A DNA stretch of 64,000 bases from Patescibacteria group bacterium (lineage in GTDB: Bacteria; Patescibacteriota; Minisyncoccia; Phycocordibacterales; UBA918). The stretch spans positions 5,406 through 69,405 of the forward strand of contig JBBTRC010000008.1 in the NCBI GenBank assembly GCA_038065355.1, read 5' to 3'. Shown here one piece after another: positions 1-10,369 of this stretch. A program made the position numbers and the translations under genes. Under the pieces are notes generated by a model that was given only the letters and a program-made list of their open reading frames with translations, did no database searches and was not told the DNA's origin. The number at the start of each line of letters is the position of its first letter. The stretch's first letter is position 1.

Positions 1-366
1 TGTTTTGTCTTCGGTCAAGTGTGCACACTGAACCCAGCCGGAAAGATTTCTGGTGGAGACGTGCGCAAACTGGCCGTCGACCGCACGCACCGAAGCGACA
101 GTCGCAAAGGGGAACGTGCCTATCTGCCCGTCGAAAGCAAAGACCGGCCGGTGGAGAAGCGGGGTTGATTCCGCCACAACATATACCTGCGCGCCGAGTC
201 GAGGAAGAAACTCTTCGTCATTGACGGGAGGTGCTTCGGTTTCTGCTTCAACCTCAATCGTTTTCTCTACCGATTCTCGAAGCCCCGATGCGGCGGGCGC
301 CGGCTGTAGCGCGCCAAAGGCAAATCTGTAGAGATCATAGACTACTGCCAGAAAGGCGCGCCACAT
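1..366 (-). CDS. Hypothetical protein, truncated at window edge, possible SH3-like domain
   Basis: Not in the ORF track. ATG at 366, 4 nt downstream of the 371 stop; open to position 1 (MWRAFLAVVYDLY...FAHVSTRNLSGWVQCAHL). The GWV motif is SH3b-like. Confidence 0.6.
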   Translation of the reverse strand, partial: MWRAFLAVVYDLYRFAFGALQPAPAASGLRESVEKTIEVEAETEAPPVNDEEFLPRLGAQVYVVAESTPLLHRPVFAFDGQIGTFPFATVASVRAVDGQFAHVSTRNLSGWVQCAHLTEDKT

Positions 367-370
367 ACTG

Positions 371-1516
371 TTAGGTGCGTTTAATTTTGAGGAGCAAATC
401 AACAATTGCCCCCAAGGTTATGAAGTAGAGCGCCAATAAAACCAGTGGCCCGACAATGGGAATGACAAAACACACAGCCACCGCGAAGGTGCCGATCATG
501 AGAGAAAGGAGGTTTAACTGTTGTGCGTCCTTTTGGAAAAGGCGCATGATGAATGAACCTGACACCGCCGCCATTCCCACCCCGCTGAGCACAAATAGCG
601 CTAGATAGGAAAATAACAGCACAAAGCCAATCGGGGCACCGAGCACGCTCATAATAAGTATGCCGATGGCAAACGGCATGAGGATTGACGTGAGCATGCC
701 GACAATAAATGGCCGTGGCGTTGAAGCGAGCGCTTTTTGTACCACTAGTTGCAGTTGCCGTTTGGCGACCAAAAACCAGAACGCGCCAGCGAATAGCAGC
801 ATAAGAACCGGTATCAGAAATGATTCAATCGTCAATGATCTATCGACCACTGGCACAACCGGGTCGTTTCTTACTAAGTCACCGCCAATAACGGTATTCT
901 GTGCGCGAGTTATGAGGGTGGGACTTTCGTAAGTGACCGCGCCTTCAATCGCGGCGCGGTCGCCTAGCACGAGGCTGTCGACCGTCACATCAACAGCACC
1001 AGCTACCGGGGCATCAATACGCAGATTGCCAACTTGCCCAAACACATCACCGCCCACGCTACCCAAAATGCGCGCGTCACCGGCAAAGAGTATGACGTCG
1101 CCGCCAACCGAAGCAGTTGATAAAACTTCAACGGTACCTCCGACGATGAGCAGATCTCCAGTGATTGGTTCGGCGATGGTGATCGTGCCGCCAACTACCC
1201 GCGCGTCATCACCGACAGCGCCATGTACATTGACATCCCAGCCGACTACGGTGGCGTCCTTGCCCACTGTTCCGTTCGTTGTCACGATGCCGCCGGCCAC
1301 AATTAAATCTTCCGTCACTTCTCCTGAAAGATTAATTATATTACCGGCACCGTAAAAATCTCCAGCAATCTGTTGATCTTCGGCGACCGTGACTTCTTCC
1401 CCAGTACGCACCACGGTGCGAGCTTCGGCCACCGCAAAGAGGCCAAAGCACACAAGCAATACAAGAACGAGACGGGTAGACAATGAACCTTTGGACGGAA
1501 AAAACATATGATTCAT
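371..1516 (-). CDS. Membrane protein with bactofilin/polymer-forming-like beta-helix repeats and C-terminal TM helices
   Basis: Signal peptide, repeated (V/I)xGD(L/V)xxxGG units, about 4-5 C-terminal TM segments. Confidence 0.75.
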   Translation of the reverse strand: MNHMFFPSKGSLSTRLVLVLLVCFGLFAVAEARTVVRTGEEVTVAEDQQIAGDFYGAGNIINLSGEVTEDLIVAGGIVTTNGTVGKDATVVGWDVNVHGAVGDDARVVGGTITIAEPITGDLLIVGGTVEVLSTASVGGDVILFAGDARILGSVGGDVFGQVGNLRIDAPVAGAVDVTVDSLVLGDRAAIEGAVTYESPTLITRAQNTVIGGDLVRNDPVVPVVDRSLTIESFLIPVLMLLFAGAFWFLVAKRQLQLVVQKALASTPRPFIVGMLTSILMPFAIGILIMSVLGAPIGFVLLFSYLALFVLSGVGMAAVSGSFIMRLFQKDAQQLNLLSLMIGTFAVAVCFVIPIVGPLVLLALYFITLGAIVDLLLKIKRT

Positions 1517-1690
1517 ACTATTGCTTTTATGAATAACGACCCACTTCCGCGAGTCAACTCGTTTAAATTAGTTAGTTTGGAAAAGCGTGCCCGGCTTTGC
1601 AGACATTCCTGCACAAGCCAAAAAAGACCTTGAGCGTGGTCTTTTTTGGAACTCTGTGAATAGTATACGAGTTTTCCGGTCACGAGTAAA

Positions 1691-2119
1691 CTACGCTTTG
1701 GTCAGGCAGGGAGTGAGTGTCACCATTTCAAAAAACGTGGGTGCCGCGCCGTCTACAATAGCGTCAAATCGGGAAGGACCAAGCACTTGCTGGCCGCACA
1801 GGATCATGGAAGGAGTGATGATAAAAGTTTCGATGTCGATCCCCACGCTTCCGAGCGCATTTGCTTGGGCGGGCGTGAGCGGTAGCGTTTTCAGTGGAAT
1901 ACCCTCTTCAACTTCCTTGCTCTCATCTCTAGAGTCTTCCTGTGCGGATGTGCTGGTACTCGTCGTTCCATTTTGTGGAGTGAAGTCAGCTTCAGGATTT
2001 AATGCCGGAAGCGCACTTTTCTCTTGGTACGTATTGACGAGCGCAAAAGCAATTATAATAAAAACGAGTGCGATAAAAAAGAGTATGGCAGAAACCACGG
2101 TGTACCATTTTATTTTCAT
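1691..2119 (-). CDS. Hypothetical membrane-anchored protein
   Basis: N-terminal TM helix; same strand as neighbours. Confidence 0.65.
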   Translation of the reverse strand: MKIKWYTVVSAILFFIALVFIIIAFALVNTYQEKSALPALNPEADFTPQNGTTSTSTSAQEDSRDESKEVEEGIPLKTLPLTPAQANALGSVGIDIETFIITPSMILCGQQVLGPSRFDAIVDGAAPTFFEMVTLTPCLTKA

Positions 2120-2289
2120 ACCGAGTGGTACTCAACTGGTGTTTGTAGCACACTAATAATCGCCAGAGCAAGGAGCAACAAAAAAAGCCCGGCACAAAAG
2201 AGCGCCAGTCGGGCGCGCGAGAGCTCCATTTCTCCGCTGTGCCAGTTGCGAACATAGAGGAATGAAAATGTGAATTTTAAAAAACTCAT
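2116..2289 (-). CDS. Small single-TM protein (57 aa)
   Basis: Not in track. MSFLKFTFSFLYVRNWHSGEMELSRARLALFCAGLFLLLLALAIISVLQTPVEYHSV; ATGA overlap with the 2119 start. Confidence 0.6.
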   Translation of the reverse strand: MSFLKFTFSFLYVRNWHSGEMELSRARLALFCAGLFLLLLALAIISVLQTPVEYHSV

Positions 2290-2372
2290 ATCAGTTTAAT
2301 TGCCTTACCTAGTGATGACCAACTTTCACACTGCCTGGTGCGAACACACAGTCACACAATCTCATCTTGCTA

Positions 2373-3578
2373 TTATAACGCCTTTTTCAAGTTTACCGAA
2401 AGTGTCTTTCGCTCTTTTTTCGATATTACTTCAAGCGCTACTTTGTCACCCACAGATTTTGTCCGCAAGACGGTTGCCAAATCTTTCCCTTCCAATGATT
2501 CTCCGTCGATAGAAAGAATGATGTCGTTTTCGACCAAACCGGCCAAATCAGCCGGCGAGCCCGGTATCACCGCAATGTCTTCAGGATTTTCGCCGCCAAT
2601 GATGAACGCACCGTAGTTCACTTCAAGATTATTCTGCTTGGCCATAGCCTCCGTAATCATGGTATATCTCACACCGATGTATGGTCGCACGATTTCTCCG
2701 TATTCTTTCACCGACTTTACCACTTCTTTCACAACCTGAACGGGTAAGGCAAAGCCAATATTATCGGCACCTTGTGAGGTGGCAACATTGACCCCAACCA
2801 CCTCCCCGGCGACATTGAGAAGCGGGCCGCCAGAGTTGCCGGGATTAATGGCGGCGTCAGTCTGAATCACCTGATTAAGCTGTTCACTATGGCCAGCGTT
2901 GTCACTCGCCACTATCGTACGCGAAAGACCAGAAATCACCCCGACCGACACCGAGTTTTGGAATTCGGCCAGCGCGTTGCCGATCGCAACCACTGTCTGT
3001 CCGAGTCTAAGAGAATTTGAATCGCCAAATTCTACGTACGACAGAGCCGACTGTAACGGTTCGGAAATTTTTAAAATAGCTATATCAAATTGCGGATCGC
3101 GCGCCAATACTTCTACCGCATAGGCAGTTCCATCGGGCAAGACAACTGAATATCGAGCATCGGGGTCATCAACCACGTGACGGTTGGTAACGATCAACCC
3201 GTCGTTACTGACGATAAAGCCGGAACCGCCGCCCACCTCTCGTTCTTCGGTTCCGTTCTCACGCAAACGCGGAATGGTGAAGCCGCCGAAAAATCCACCG
3301 GGGTCAAAGTTTTCGTAATAACGTTCGTAGACCGGTACGTCTTTTGTCACTATGACCGATACGACAGCCGGATTAACTTGCTCGATCATGCCGACAATGT
3401 CCTCATCAACTCGAGAGACCTCTGTTGCACGCGTGGTCGCCGGCAGGTCGAGTTTTCCATCAAGGTAATCAATTATTGCATTGCGAGCGATAAACAAAAC
3501 ACCGCCGATAATCACCAGCGTGATCAAACTGCTAAAAAGGGCGGTTTGTGCAATCAGATTGGCTGACGGCTTTTCCAT
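2373..3578 (-). CDS. htrA: HtrA/DegP-family trypsin-like serine protease with PDZ domain
   Basis: GSGFIV, TNRHVV, DIAILK, QTDAAINPGNSGGPL; C-terminal PDZ; N-terminal TM. Confidence 0.95.
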   Translation of the reverse strand: MEKPSANLIAQTALFSSLITLVIIGGVLFIARNAIIDYLDGKLDLPATTRATEVSRVDEDIVGMIEQVNPAVVSVIVTKDVPVYERYYENFDPGGFFGGFTIPRLRENGTEEREVGGGSGFIVSNDGLIVTNRHVVDDPDARYSVVLPDGTAYAVEVLARDPQFDIAILKISEPLQSALSYVEFGDSNSLRLGQTVVAIGNALAEFQNSVSVGVISGLSRTIVASDNAGHSEQLNQVIQTDAAINPGNSGGPLLNVAGEVVGVNVATSQGADNIGFALPVQVVKEVVKSVKEYGEIVRPYIGVRYTMITEAMAKQNNLEVNYGAFIIGGENPEDIAVIPGSPADLAGLVENDIILSIDGESLEGKDLATVLRTKSVGDKVALEVISKKERKTLSVNLKKAL

Positions 3579-3608
3579 ATGGCTTTGTATTCTATTACTA
3601 CGAGCTCT

Positions 3609-4613
3609 TTAATCAACATCTTTCAAAAAGAGTTGCTTGCCGCGTTCCCACATTTCCGAACGACCTTGGAGGTGGAGCCAGTACCACCACTCGGCTCCCC
3701 ACAAATACTGTGTGTCAAAATGCGTACGTTTTGCGTAGGAAATTATATCCTCAAATTTTTCCAAATTCATCCGAGAAAACTGGGTCTCAAGCGGCACCTC
3801 AGTGAGCGGCTCGATGAGCCATGGCTCAGCAGAAAGTTCTATAAGCACGGCTCTTTTTTCACCATAGATCAGCGCCATGACATTGTCCTTCACACGGTAG
3901 AACCAGGCGGGTAGGATGGTTCGCAGTTGGCCGAGTTCCGGATTCCATAAATGCACGTACACGCTGGTACCAAAGACATCGCCGCGCTTGTACGCACCAG
4001 ACCAAGTTCCCAGATTGCCGCTATCGGTCACGAGAATTTGTCGTGACGGATCAAGTTTTTTTACCAATGCGATTTCCTTATCGAGTTCTGCCACATCAAG
4101 GTCTCCGCACTGTTCGTAAGCAAAGACCGTGAGGAAAGGCTCATTTTCAACTTGCCAGAGCTCAATTGCCGGACTGTCTTTGTAGCGTAAAATAACTGTT
4201 TCAATATATTTATCGAGCGCAGCATTTTGTTCGGCGAGAGGTAGCCGCTGTGCCCACTCTGGCACGTGGCATTCTGGCCAGCGCGGCAAGCGTCGCCCGA
4301 CCGCCAATACTACCTTTGCCTCCACCTCTTCAGCGCGACTGATTTGATAGTCAAGTTCGGAAAAGTTGTACACGCCCGCAACCGGCTCGACCATTGGCCA
4401 ATGAGCCGCCAAGCGTAAATGACGAACACCGAGTTCGTCGAGTATCGCATCATAAGCGGACTGCCAGTTAAGCCCGAGTTCGCGGGCATACGGCGTGTTG
4501 AATGACATGCCGTAGGTAATCGTCTCTGGCTTTTCTTTTTGCGCAAGCAAGAATACGCTCCACACTCCCAACAGCACGAGCGCAAGTAACACCAGTCCGA
4601 TTTTTTTCAGCAT
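3609..4613 (-). CDS. Membrane-anchored clan GH-A glycoside hydrolase (GH42/GH5-like)
   Basis: WxxVEPxxGxYNFxxLD, WQVENEP acid/base motif, IELSAEPW; start taken at MLKKIG. Confidence 0.75.
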   Translation of the reverse strand: MLKKIGLVLLALVLLGVWSVFLLAQKEKPETITYGMSFNTPYARELGLNWQSAYDAILDELGVRHLRLAAHWPMVEPVAGVYNFSELDYQISRAEEVEAKVVLAVGRRLPRWPECHVPEWAQRLPLAEQNAALDKYIETVILRYKDSPAIELWQVENEPFLTVFAYEQCGDLDVAELDKEIALVKKLDPSRQILVTDSGNLGTWSGAYKRGDVFGTSVYVHLWNPELGQLRTILPAWFYRVKDNVMALIYGEKRAVLIELSAEPWLIEPLTEVPLETQFSRMNLEKFEDIISYAKRTHFDTQYLWGAEWWYWLHLQGRSEMWERGKQLFLKDVD

Positions 4614-4626
4614 GGTAAAAATTTTA

Positions 4627-5559
4627 TCATGTGAACAAAATGACGTAGCCAACTACAATGACGACAACGTACAGAAGGCGGCGGAAAAACACGTCTGGTC
4701 TTGTATCGCGATCGGTGGCTGATGCTGGTAACCAGTGCGCAAACACCGCACCGATAATAAGGATGAAAACGAACCGCAGACCGTCAAGCGCCTGAACGAC
4801 GGACACATCTCCCCAGTCGGTGGCCTTAAGGAGCAGAAAGGCGGCGACACCAGCGAGAAGTTTGGTTATAACAACGAGATACCCTGTCTTTCTGGTGGCA
4901 GATTTTGTTTGTGATACGATCCTGTCGTAGTACGCCGGTACCAAAAGCAAAGAGAGAGTGAACAGCACAAAACCAACCCGCGACCAAAAGAAACCGTCGT
5001 CAAAACTGGTTTCAAGAAACAGTCCTTTCATGGTGATGTAGTGCAAACCGAAAAACAAACCGCTATGAAAGACGTGCACCACCACGTCTGCTTTGGGAAG
5101 TGTTTGCGCGACCAAGAGTGTCCCGACAGACAACAGAATGATGCCAAAAATAAAATTATGTGACAGTTGTACGTTCAAAAATAAGTAGCTCATGCCAAAC
5201 GTCGAGAGCGCCGACACGGCGCCGATGATCGGCATCACATTTGATGCGTCCGCGCGTTTGAGCGCGTCATACATAGACACGAGCGCCATAAAAAACGTGT
5301 AAGCGGCCAAAAACGACATGCCAACCACTTGAATGGTCGGGGACTTTACGTTTTCAAATGTCGGCATGCCGAGCTCCGCTAAGCCCGGCACCAATCCCAA
5401 AAAATAAATGATCACCCAGAAACCGGTTAAAAGACATGAATAAAAGGCGTACACAAACGGACGTGGCAAAACCCGATCGTCGGAAACGATGTACTTATCC
5501 AAAATCGCAACGACCGCATTCACAAGCTGCCCAGCGGTCGCCAAGAGTAACCAAGTCAT
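4627..5559 (-). CDS. EamA/DMT-like multi-pass membrane protein
   Basis: About 10 TM helices in two repeats; DK after TM1; GDVSVVQAL. Confidence 0.7.
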   Translation of the reverse strand: MTWLLLATAGQLVNAVVAILDKYIVSDDRVLPRPFVYAFYSCLLTGFWVIIYFLGLVPGLAELGMPTFENVKSPTIQVVGMSFLAAYTFFMALVSMYDALKRADASNVMPIIGAVSALSTFGMSYLFLNVQLSHNFIFGIILLSVGTLLVAQTLPKADVVVHVFHSGLFFGLHYITMKGLFLETSFDDGFFWSRVGFVLFTLSLLLVPAYYDRIVSQTKSATRKTGYLVVITKLLAGVAAFLLLKATDWGDVSVVQALDGLRFVFILIIGAVFAHWLPASATDRDTRPDVFFRRLLYVVVIVVGYVILFT

Positions 5560-5563
5560 GTCC

Positions 5564-6793
5564 TTATTCTACTACGCTGTTTGATTCACAAATTTCTTTA
5601 TACACGTACGCCGACGGACGGATTTTTCTCTCAAGCGAGCTGTAATCGATTTCAACCAAACCAAATCGCTTTTCAAACCCAAGCGCCCATTCGTAGTTAT
5701 CGAGTAGCGACCAATACATGTGACCGCGCACGTCAGCCCCGTCTTGAATAGCTCGCCAAGTCGCTTCAACTTGCTTTTTTATATACTCTGCTCGATCAGA
5801 ATCATCGTGGTCAGCCAGCCCGCCTTCTGAAACAAACAGCGGTTTCCGATACTTGGCCAACATCATGAGCGCGCCGTAGATTTTTTCGGGAGCAAAATTC
5901 CAGTCCATGTCTGTTTTCTTCCAAACTCGTTTGTCGCCAAACTGTTTATAAAAGTAATAGTTGAGTCCGATTGAGTCACAGTACTTTGACACGCGGCGCA
6001 TGAACACGTGAGTCCAGTAGTAGTTGGCGATGGCCGCCATTAGCTTGTTGACTGGGTTCCAATTGGCGTCAAAGACAATGACATGCTTCACTACGCTTAC
6101 TTCTGTTTGAGGTGATACTAATTTTATTTTGGCAAATGCTCGATTGTGGGCAGATGCCAGATTACTCATGACCCGGCGATAGACGAAATATGACTCGAAC
6201 CCCCTAACTGCCTTTCCGTCATAGGTAGCGCCGGAGTTAGTAATTGACACCAGGTCAGTCAATGAAAAGCGTTTGAATGGCGGCCAATTGCCTCTCAGCC
6301 ACCCATTACTACCAAATACATTTGGTTCGTTCATGGTTGAGAAGTGTTGACATAAATCGCCCAATTGAGAAACCGCATACGCAGCATAGCGAGCGAAAAT
6401 TTCCGGAGAATCTTTTCGCTCAAAGCCGCCAGATTTGGAAAACCAGAGCGGTAGCGTGAAGTGCCAGAGTGTCACAAATGGCACCAGGTTTCGATCTTTG
6501 AGAGCTTGTAGAACTTGCCGATAGTGAGCGATAGCGGATTCATCAAATTTTCCTTCTTCTGGTTCAATTCGCGCCCACTCCAGTGAAAAACGGTGAGCGG
6601 TATGGCCAAGTGACTTGGCAATGTCAAAATCTTCCTCGTAGCGATTATAGTGGTCGCAGGCCACTTTGCACGACGGCACGCGGCCTTCCCGGGCCGCCTC
6701 TGCCCAGTCGGTATTTTCGATACCGCCTTCCACTTGGTACGACGCGGTCGCCGCCCCCCAGTAGAAGCCGTTTGGAAATTTCTTTTCGTTCAT
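5564..6793 (-). CDS. Glycoside hydrolase family 1 (beta-glucosidase)
   Basis: FYWGAATASYQVEG, RFSLEWARIEP, TMNEP, WSLLDNYEW. Confidence 0.95.
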   Translation of the reverse strand: MNEKKFPNGFYWGAATASYQVEGGIENTDWAEAAREGRVPSCKVACDHYNRYEEDFDIAKSLGHTAHRFSLEWARIEPEEGKFDESAIAHYRQVLQALKDRNLVPFVTLWHFTLPLWFSKSGGFERKDSPEIFARYAAYAVSQLGDLCQHFSTMNEPNVFGSNGWLRGNWPPFKRFSLTDLVSITNSGATYDGKAVRGFESYFVYRRVMSNLASAHNRAFAKIKLVSPQTEVSVVKHVIVFDANWNPVNKLMAAIANYYWTHVFMRRVSKYCDSIGLNYYFYKQFGDKRVWKKTDMDWNFAPEKIYGALMMLAKYRKPLFVSEGGLADHDDSDRAEYIKKQVEATWRAIQDGADVRGHMYWSLLDNYEWALGFEKRFGLVEIDYSSLERKIRPSAYVYKEICESNSVVE

Positions 6794-6810
6794 GCGAATA
6801 GTATAGCAAA

Positions 6811-6842
6811 AGCCGCGTTTCGACTGACGTCGAAACGCGGCT
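6811..6842 (-). terminator. Hairpin terminator
   Basis: agccgcgtttcgac-tgac-gtcgaaacgcggct, 14-bp stem, T-run on minus strand. Confidence 0.7.
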
Positions 6843-7344
6843 AGAACAGGGGTACACGACGAGATGTTATGCCCGCCTTACCGATCTGCCCACTTCCTTG
6901 GTGCACGAGTTCAATCTGCGCACCATCTTTATCTAGACCAAAGAATTTGACCGGCCCCGGACCAATCGTCACTCGCACTGGGCCAGTGACTGCAACCTTG
7001 CTCACTCCAGCCCGTACGTCGTGCGGTATCCAGCCAACGTGCCAGTCGGCAGTGTAGTTGACTGGTGCTAGTACGACGAATGTTCTCCAGCCACCCCATA
7101 CTGGCATATGAAAACGTGGTAAAAAACCAACCCACCGCACCTTGGCTGTCTCTTCGCCTGAAAAAGAGAGCAAAAGACGATTGTCTAGTATTTGGCACGT
7201 TTCAGCTGACAACTTCTGGTTGTTCCAGCGGTGTGTCCGTTGCGGTGCTTCCTTCCACGTCCCTTGCAAAAGGTACATGAGCGGCACCATACACATGTCC
7301 GCCAGCCATCCAAGCGCACCCTGCTTCTTAAAGACAATTGGCAC
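6841..7344 (-). CDS. Hypothetical protein
   Basis: GTG start with SD-like aaagggaggt; followed by a terminator. Confidence 0.6.
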   Translation of the reverse strand: MPIVFKKQGALGWLADMCMVPLMYLLQGTWKEAPQRTHRWNNQKLSAETCQILDNRLLLSFSGEETAKVRWVGFLPRFHMPVWGGWRTFVVLAPVNYTADWHVGWIPHDVRAGVSKVAVTGPVRVTIGPGPVKFFGLDKDGAQIELVHQGSGQIGKAGITSRRVPLF

Positions 7345-7384
7345 GAGTCACCTCCCTTTCTCGTGGCACTATTTCATAGTTACG

Positions 7385-8110
7385 CTAAAAGTCAATAGTA
7401 TTGAGAAAAGTGGTGGGGGCCAAAAGTGTACGCCATTTCTCGTAGAGCTTGGTCGTCGCTACCACGTCACGTGCGTTGTAGCGGGCGATGTCGCGGAACT
7501 TTTTCTGACGAAAAAGTTCCGCGACATCTTCCCCGCTCACCTCTTGTTTTGGACTTTCTATACCGTACGCACGGCAAAACATATGGAGCGAAGGACGACG
7601 CGCCATTGCACCGTAAAAGGTCAGCTCATCCTGCAAATCTATATGATATGGCATTGTTTGCTGAGTTAAGTACCGACGGCGCAGTAACTCCGCCGTCGGC
7701 CGAAGGCCATACGTCACCGAACGATGAAGTAAAAACGGCACGTCGAATGCCCGACCGTTAAAAGTGACAAACGTGTCATAGCTTTGCGCGCCCTCCCAAA
7801 AGTCGGCCAACAATTCTTCTTCAGTACGAGCTTTGAAGGTAAAGTCTCCTTCGGTAAAGTTTTCATTGGCTTCGTCAACAAAGTAGACCGCACCGAGACT
7901 GCGTTCAAGATCGAACATACCAAGAGCCACAACCGAACCGGTGAGCGGTGAGAACCCCAATTCCGCCTTCAATCTTCCAAGCAAGCTCTCTTTTTCTTCA
8001 TCGGAGTGGCTCGTTTGTTCAATCCACTTAGTCAGGTGGTGCTTGGTCGCCTCGTCAAAAGATTCCCACGGGTCACCGACGGTTTCAATATCAAAAATGA
8101 GCGTTGCCAT
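7385..8110 (-). CDS. 3'-5' exonuclease, DEDD/PolB-exonuclease-like
   Basis: FDIET, TFNGRAFDVPFL, YNARDV. Confidence 0.9.
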   Translation of the reverse strand: MATLIFDIETVGDPWESFDEATKHHLTKWIEQTSHSDEEKESLLGRLKAELGFSPLTGSVVALGMFDLERSLGAVYFVDEANENFTEGDFTFKARTEEELLADFWEGAQSYDTFVTFNGRAFDVPFLLHRSVTYGLRPTAELLRRRYLTQQTMPYHIDLQDELTFYGAMARRPSLHMFCRAYGIESPKQEVSGEDVAELFRQKKFRDIARYNARDVVATTKLYEKWRTLLAPTTFLNTIDF

Positions 8111-8113
8111 ACT

Positions 8114-8854
8114 TTAAAACGTGACCGGCGGGCTGGAAAAACAATTCAGTACTGTCTCTCTATTGTTGGACAGTTCATATCGGTACTGCCCGCCCGCGAG
8201 GCGGCCGCCGCAAGTGTCGGTCGGTTCCGCACCGATTCCGTAGAGCGGAAAGCCATCAAGGGCGTAGCCAATGTGTACGTCATTGGCAAACACGCGGTAC
8301 AACGTCGCTTCGTTATTTCTAATCAGGGACCCGTCGAGGGCGATTCCAACCACATCCGTCGCCACGCAGGTTGACGCGTCAAGCGGCCCGACTGGCAGAG
8401 GTAATTGCAGTAGCACTTCTCTCGAGGCAGTATTCGTAGCCGATGTTTCACTCTTGAATTCTCGGTACACGAGACGATTGCCTTCAGCTAAAGCGAATGT
8501 TATTCCCGTCGAAGACCATACCCGCTCGGAAGGTGCATACCAGGAACAATTTTGGACACCGCTCGCTAGGGGTCGGTTCGGTTCAGGAACATTCGCTTCT
8601 TCCGGTGGTTTTGAAACTACCGTTGGCGGCCGAGCGGAAATTTTTTCCCGCAATGTCCGCAGACGTTCTTCCTTTGAAAGTTTTGTGTCTTCAATAATTT
8701 CAGCACTGTAGATAGTGTCCGTGCTTTCGGTGGGGGTCAAGGAAGGCGAAAATTGAGTTGGAAAAAGCAATTTTGAGATCGTCGTCACCCCAATCGCTCC
8801 AACCAAAAATGCAATGGCGGTAAATAGTAGGACAAAGTCTCTAGTGCGAAACAT
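8114..8854 (-). CDS. Membrane-anchored protein with YHYH-like C-terminal domain
   Basis: GIALDG, GYALDGFPLYG, DTCGG; start at MFRTRD after a TGCTATGAT -10 box. Confidence 0.65.
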   Translation of the reverse strand: MFRTRDFVLLFTAIAFLVGAIGVTTISKLLFPTQFSPSLTPTESTDTIYSAEIIEDTKLSKEERLRTLREKISARPPTVVSKPPEEANVPEPNRPLASGVQNCSWYAPSERVWSSTGITFALAEGNRLVYREFKSETSATNTASREVLLQLPLPVGPLDASTCVATDVVGIALDGSLIRNNEATLYRVFANDVHIGYALDGFPLYGIGAEPTDTCGGRLAGGQYRYELSNNRETVLNCFSSPPVTF

Positions 8855-8871
8855 GTGTGTATCATAGCAAA

Positions 8872-8898
8872 AGGGCGGCGGCCCAAGGCCGCCGCCCT
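8872..8898. terminator. GC-rich hairpin
   Basis: agggcggcggcc-caa-ggccgccgccct downstream of the ATP-grasp gene. Confidence 0.7.
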
Positions 8899-8909
8899 CC
8901 ACACCCGAC

Positions 8910-10238
8910 CTACTTCGCGCGCGCTCGAGTACGAGTACGGCGAAATCGTCGCGGAGCTACTTTCACCTCCACCAATTTTTCCACCCGCCTAATATCCGCG
9001 AGCAACTTTCCACGGTCAGCGTTGTATAAATAGAGATCAAAGATAGACCGACCGCCATTACGGGCAAAAATCGCCCGGTCGCCAACTTTTTTCTTGACAT
9101 CAATTTTATGAAACGATTCAAGCTGTTCGATCTTTTTAACCCCTTTCATTTCCTCAATGACACCTTCCTTGGCTGCAAACCACTTCAACGTGCACGCATA
9201 ACCCTTGCACTTCTTCGGGATGATGGGTTTTTTGGGAATCCTAATAAGCACGTCATTCAGTGTGTGGTTGATGTCACAACTAAGACTATGGAGCACGTGG
9301 CGAAATCCGCCCATGCGCGCTCCTACCTCAACCACTTTCCATTCGTCGTCAACTTTCATGAGCTCGGTGTGGGCGAGCGTACTGCGTAGCCCGAGGGCGC
9401 GAATGGCCGCTTCTCCCACCTCCTCAGCTTTTTTTATGGTGGCGGCTTTCAAACCAGTCGGTGTGATCTGCAAGTAGTTATAGAAATCATCATGTCCAAG
9501 TTTTTTGGCGGTCACTTGTTTGACGAGCGGGCAATGATAGATCCTACCCCGCGAATCAACGTAGGAATCAATTGAGTACAGATCGCCATCCATGTATTCT
9601 TCGGCGATTACTTTTGGCTCCTCCAACCGATGATCGTTTTGGTAGGCTTTTCTGATTCGTCGAAACATTGTGCGCAGTTGTTTTTCGAGCTCCTCCTCGT
9701 GGTAGCAGATACTCACAAATAAACTACCAGCCAAGTTGGTCGGCTTAATAATCATCGGGAAACCAATTTTATCCGCTACTCGACGACGTTCGGCCTTGGA
9801 GTTTTCTTTTACCAAAGTGAATTTTGGCGTAATCTTAGGGTCGTAGAGCTTAAATCGTTTCCGCATTTCATATTTGTCACTGGCCCACTTGAGCGACTCG
9901 GTTGTGGGGGTGCGCAGATATGGTACGTGCGGCAACACCTCGACAAATCGCGCCATGCTTTGTTCAGACCGGCAGGTAATGGCGAGTAGTTCGCTTTGGT
10001 AGGGTAGCAACGCCTCAGCGATTTTTTGTGGTTTTGAAAAATCACACGCCACATACAGATCAAGATCCGACGTATCACGCAGATTTTTGTCATCTTTCAC
10101 GCGACTGTCGCGTAACAGCATTATTCGGAGAGGTCGGCCAAGCTCTTTTTCGTAGGCACGCAAAGCTTCAACCGCTCCCGGCGGAAGCGTCATGACGTAC
10201 ACGATAATATTTCTGCTTAATCTACTCGGCTGACTCAT
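8910..10238 (-). CDS. ATP-grasp domain ligase
   Basis: DKYEMR, GFPMIIKP, AEEYMDG, HTEL, VEVGARMGG. Confidence 0.88.
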   Translation of the reverse strand: MSQPSRLSRNIIVYVMTLPPGAVEALRAYEKELGRPLRIMLLRDSRVKDDKNLRDTSDLDLYVACDFSKPQKIAEALLPYQSELLAITCRSEQSMARFVEVLPHVPYLRTPTTESLKWASDKYEMRKRFKLYDPKITPKFTLVKENSKAERRRVADKIGFPMIIKPTNLAGSLFVSICYHEEELEKQLRTMFRRIRKAYQNDHRLEEPKVIAEEYMDGDLYSIDSYVDSRGRIYHCPLVKQVTAKKLGHDDFYNYLQITPTGLKAATIKKAEEVGEAAIRALGLRSTLAHTELMKVDDEWKVVEVGARMGGFRHVLHSLSCDINHTLNDVLIRIPKKPIIPKKCKGYACTLKWFAAKEGVIEEMKGVKKIEQLESFHKIDVKKKVGDRAIFARNGGRSIFDLYLYNADRGKLLADIRRVEKLVEVKVAPRRFRRTRTRARAK

Positions 10239-10369
10239 GTATCAAATAAAAAAGCAGTTCTTTCGATACTGCATAATCTGCCTTGTTCTACGCCACAAGC
10301 ATACATCAGATTTTTAAAATCCTACATCAAAACACACATATTGTCAAAATCAACTCGCGACAATCGGCC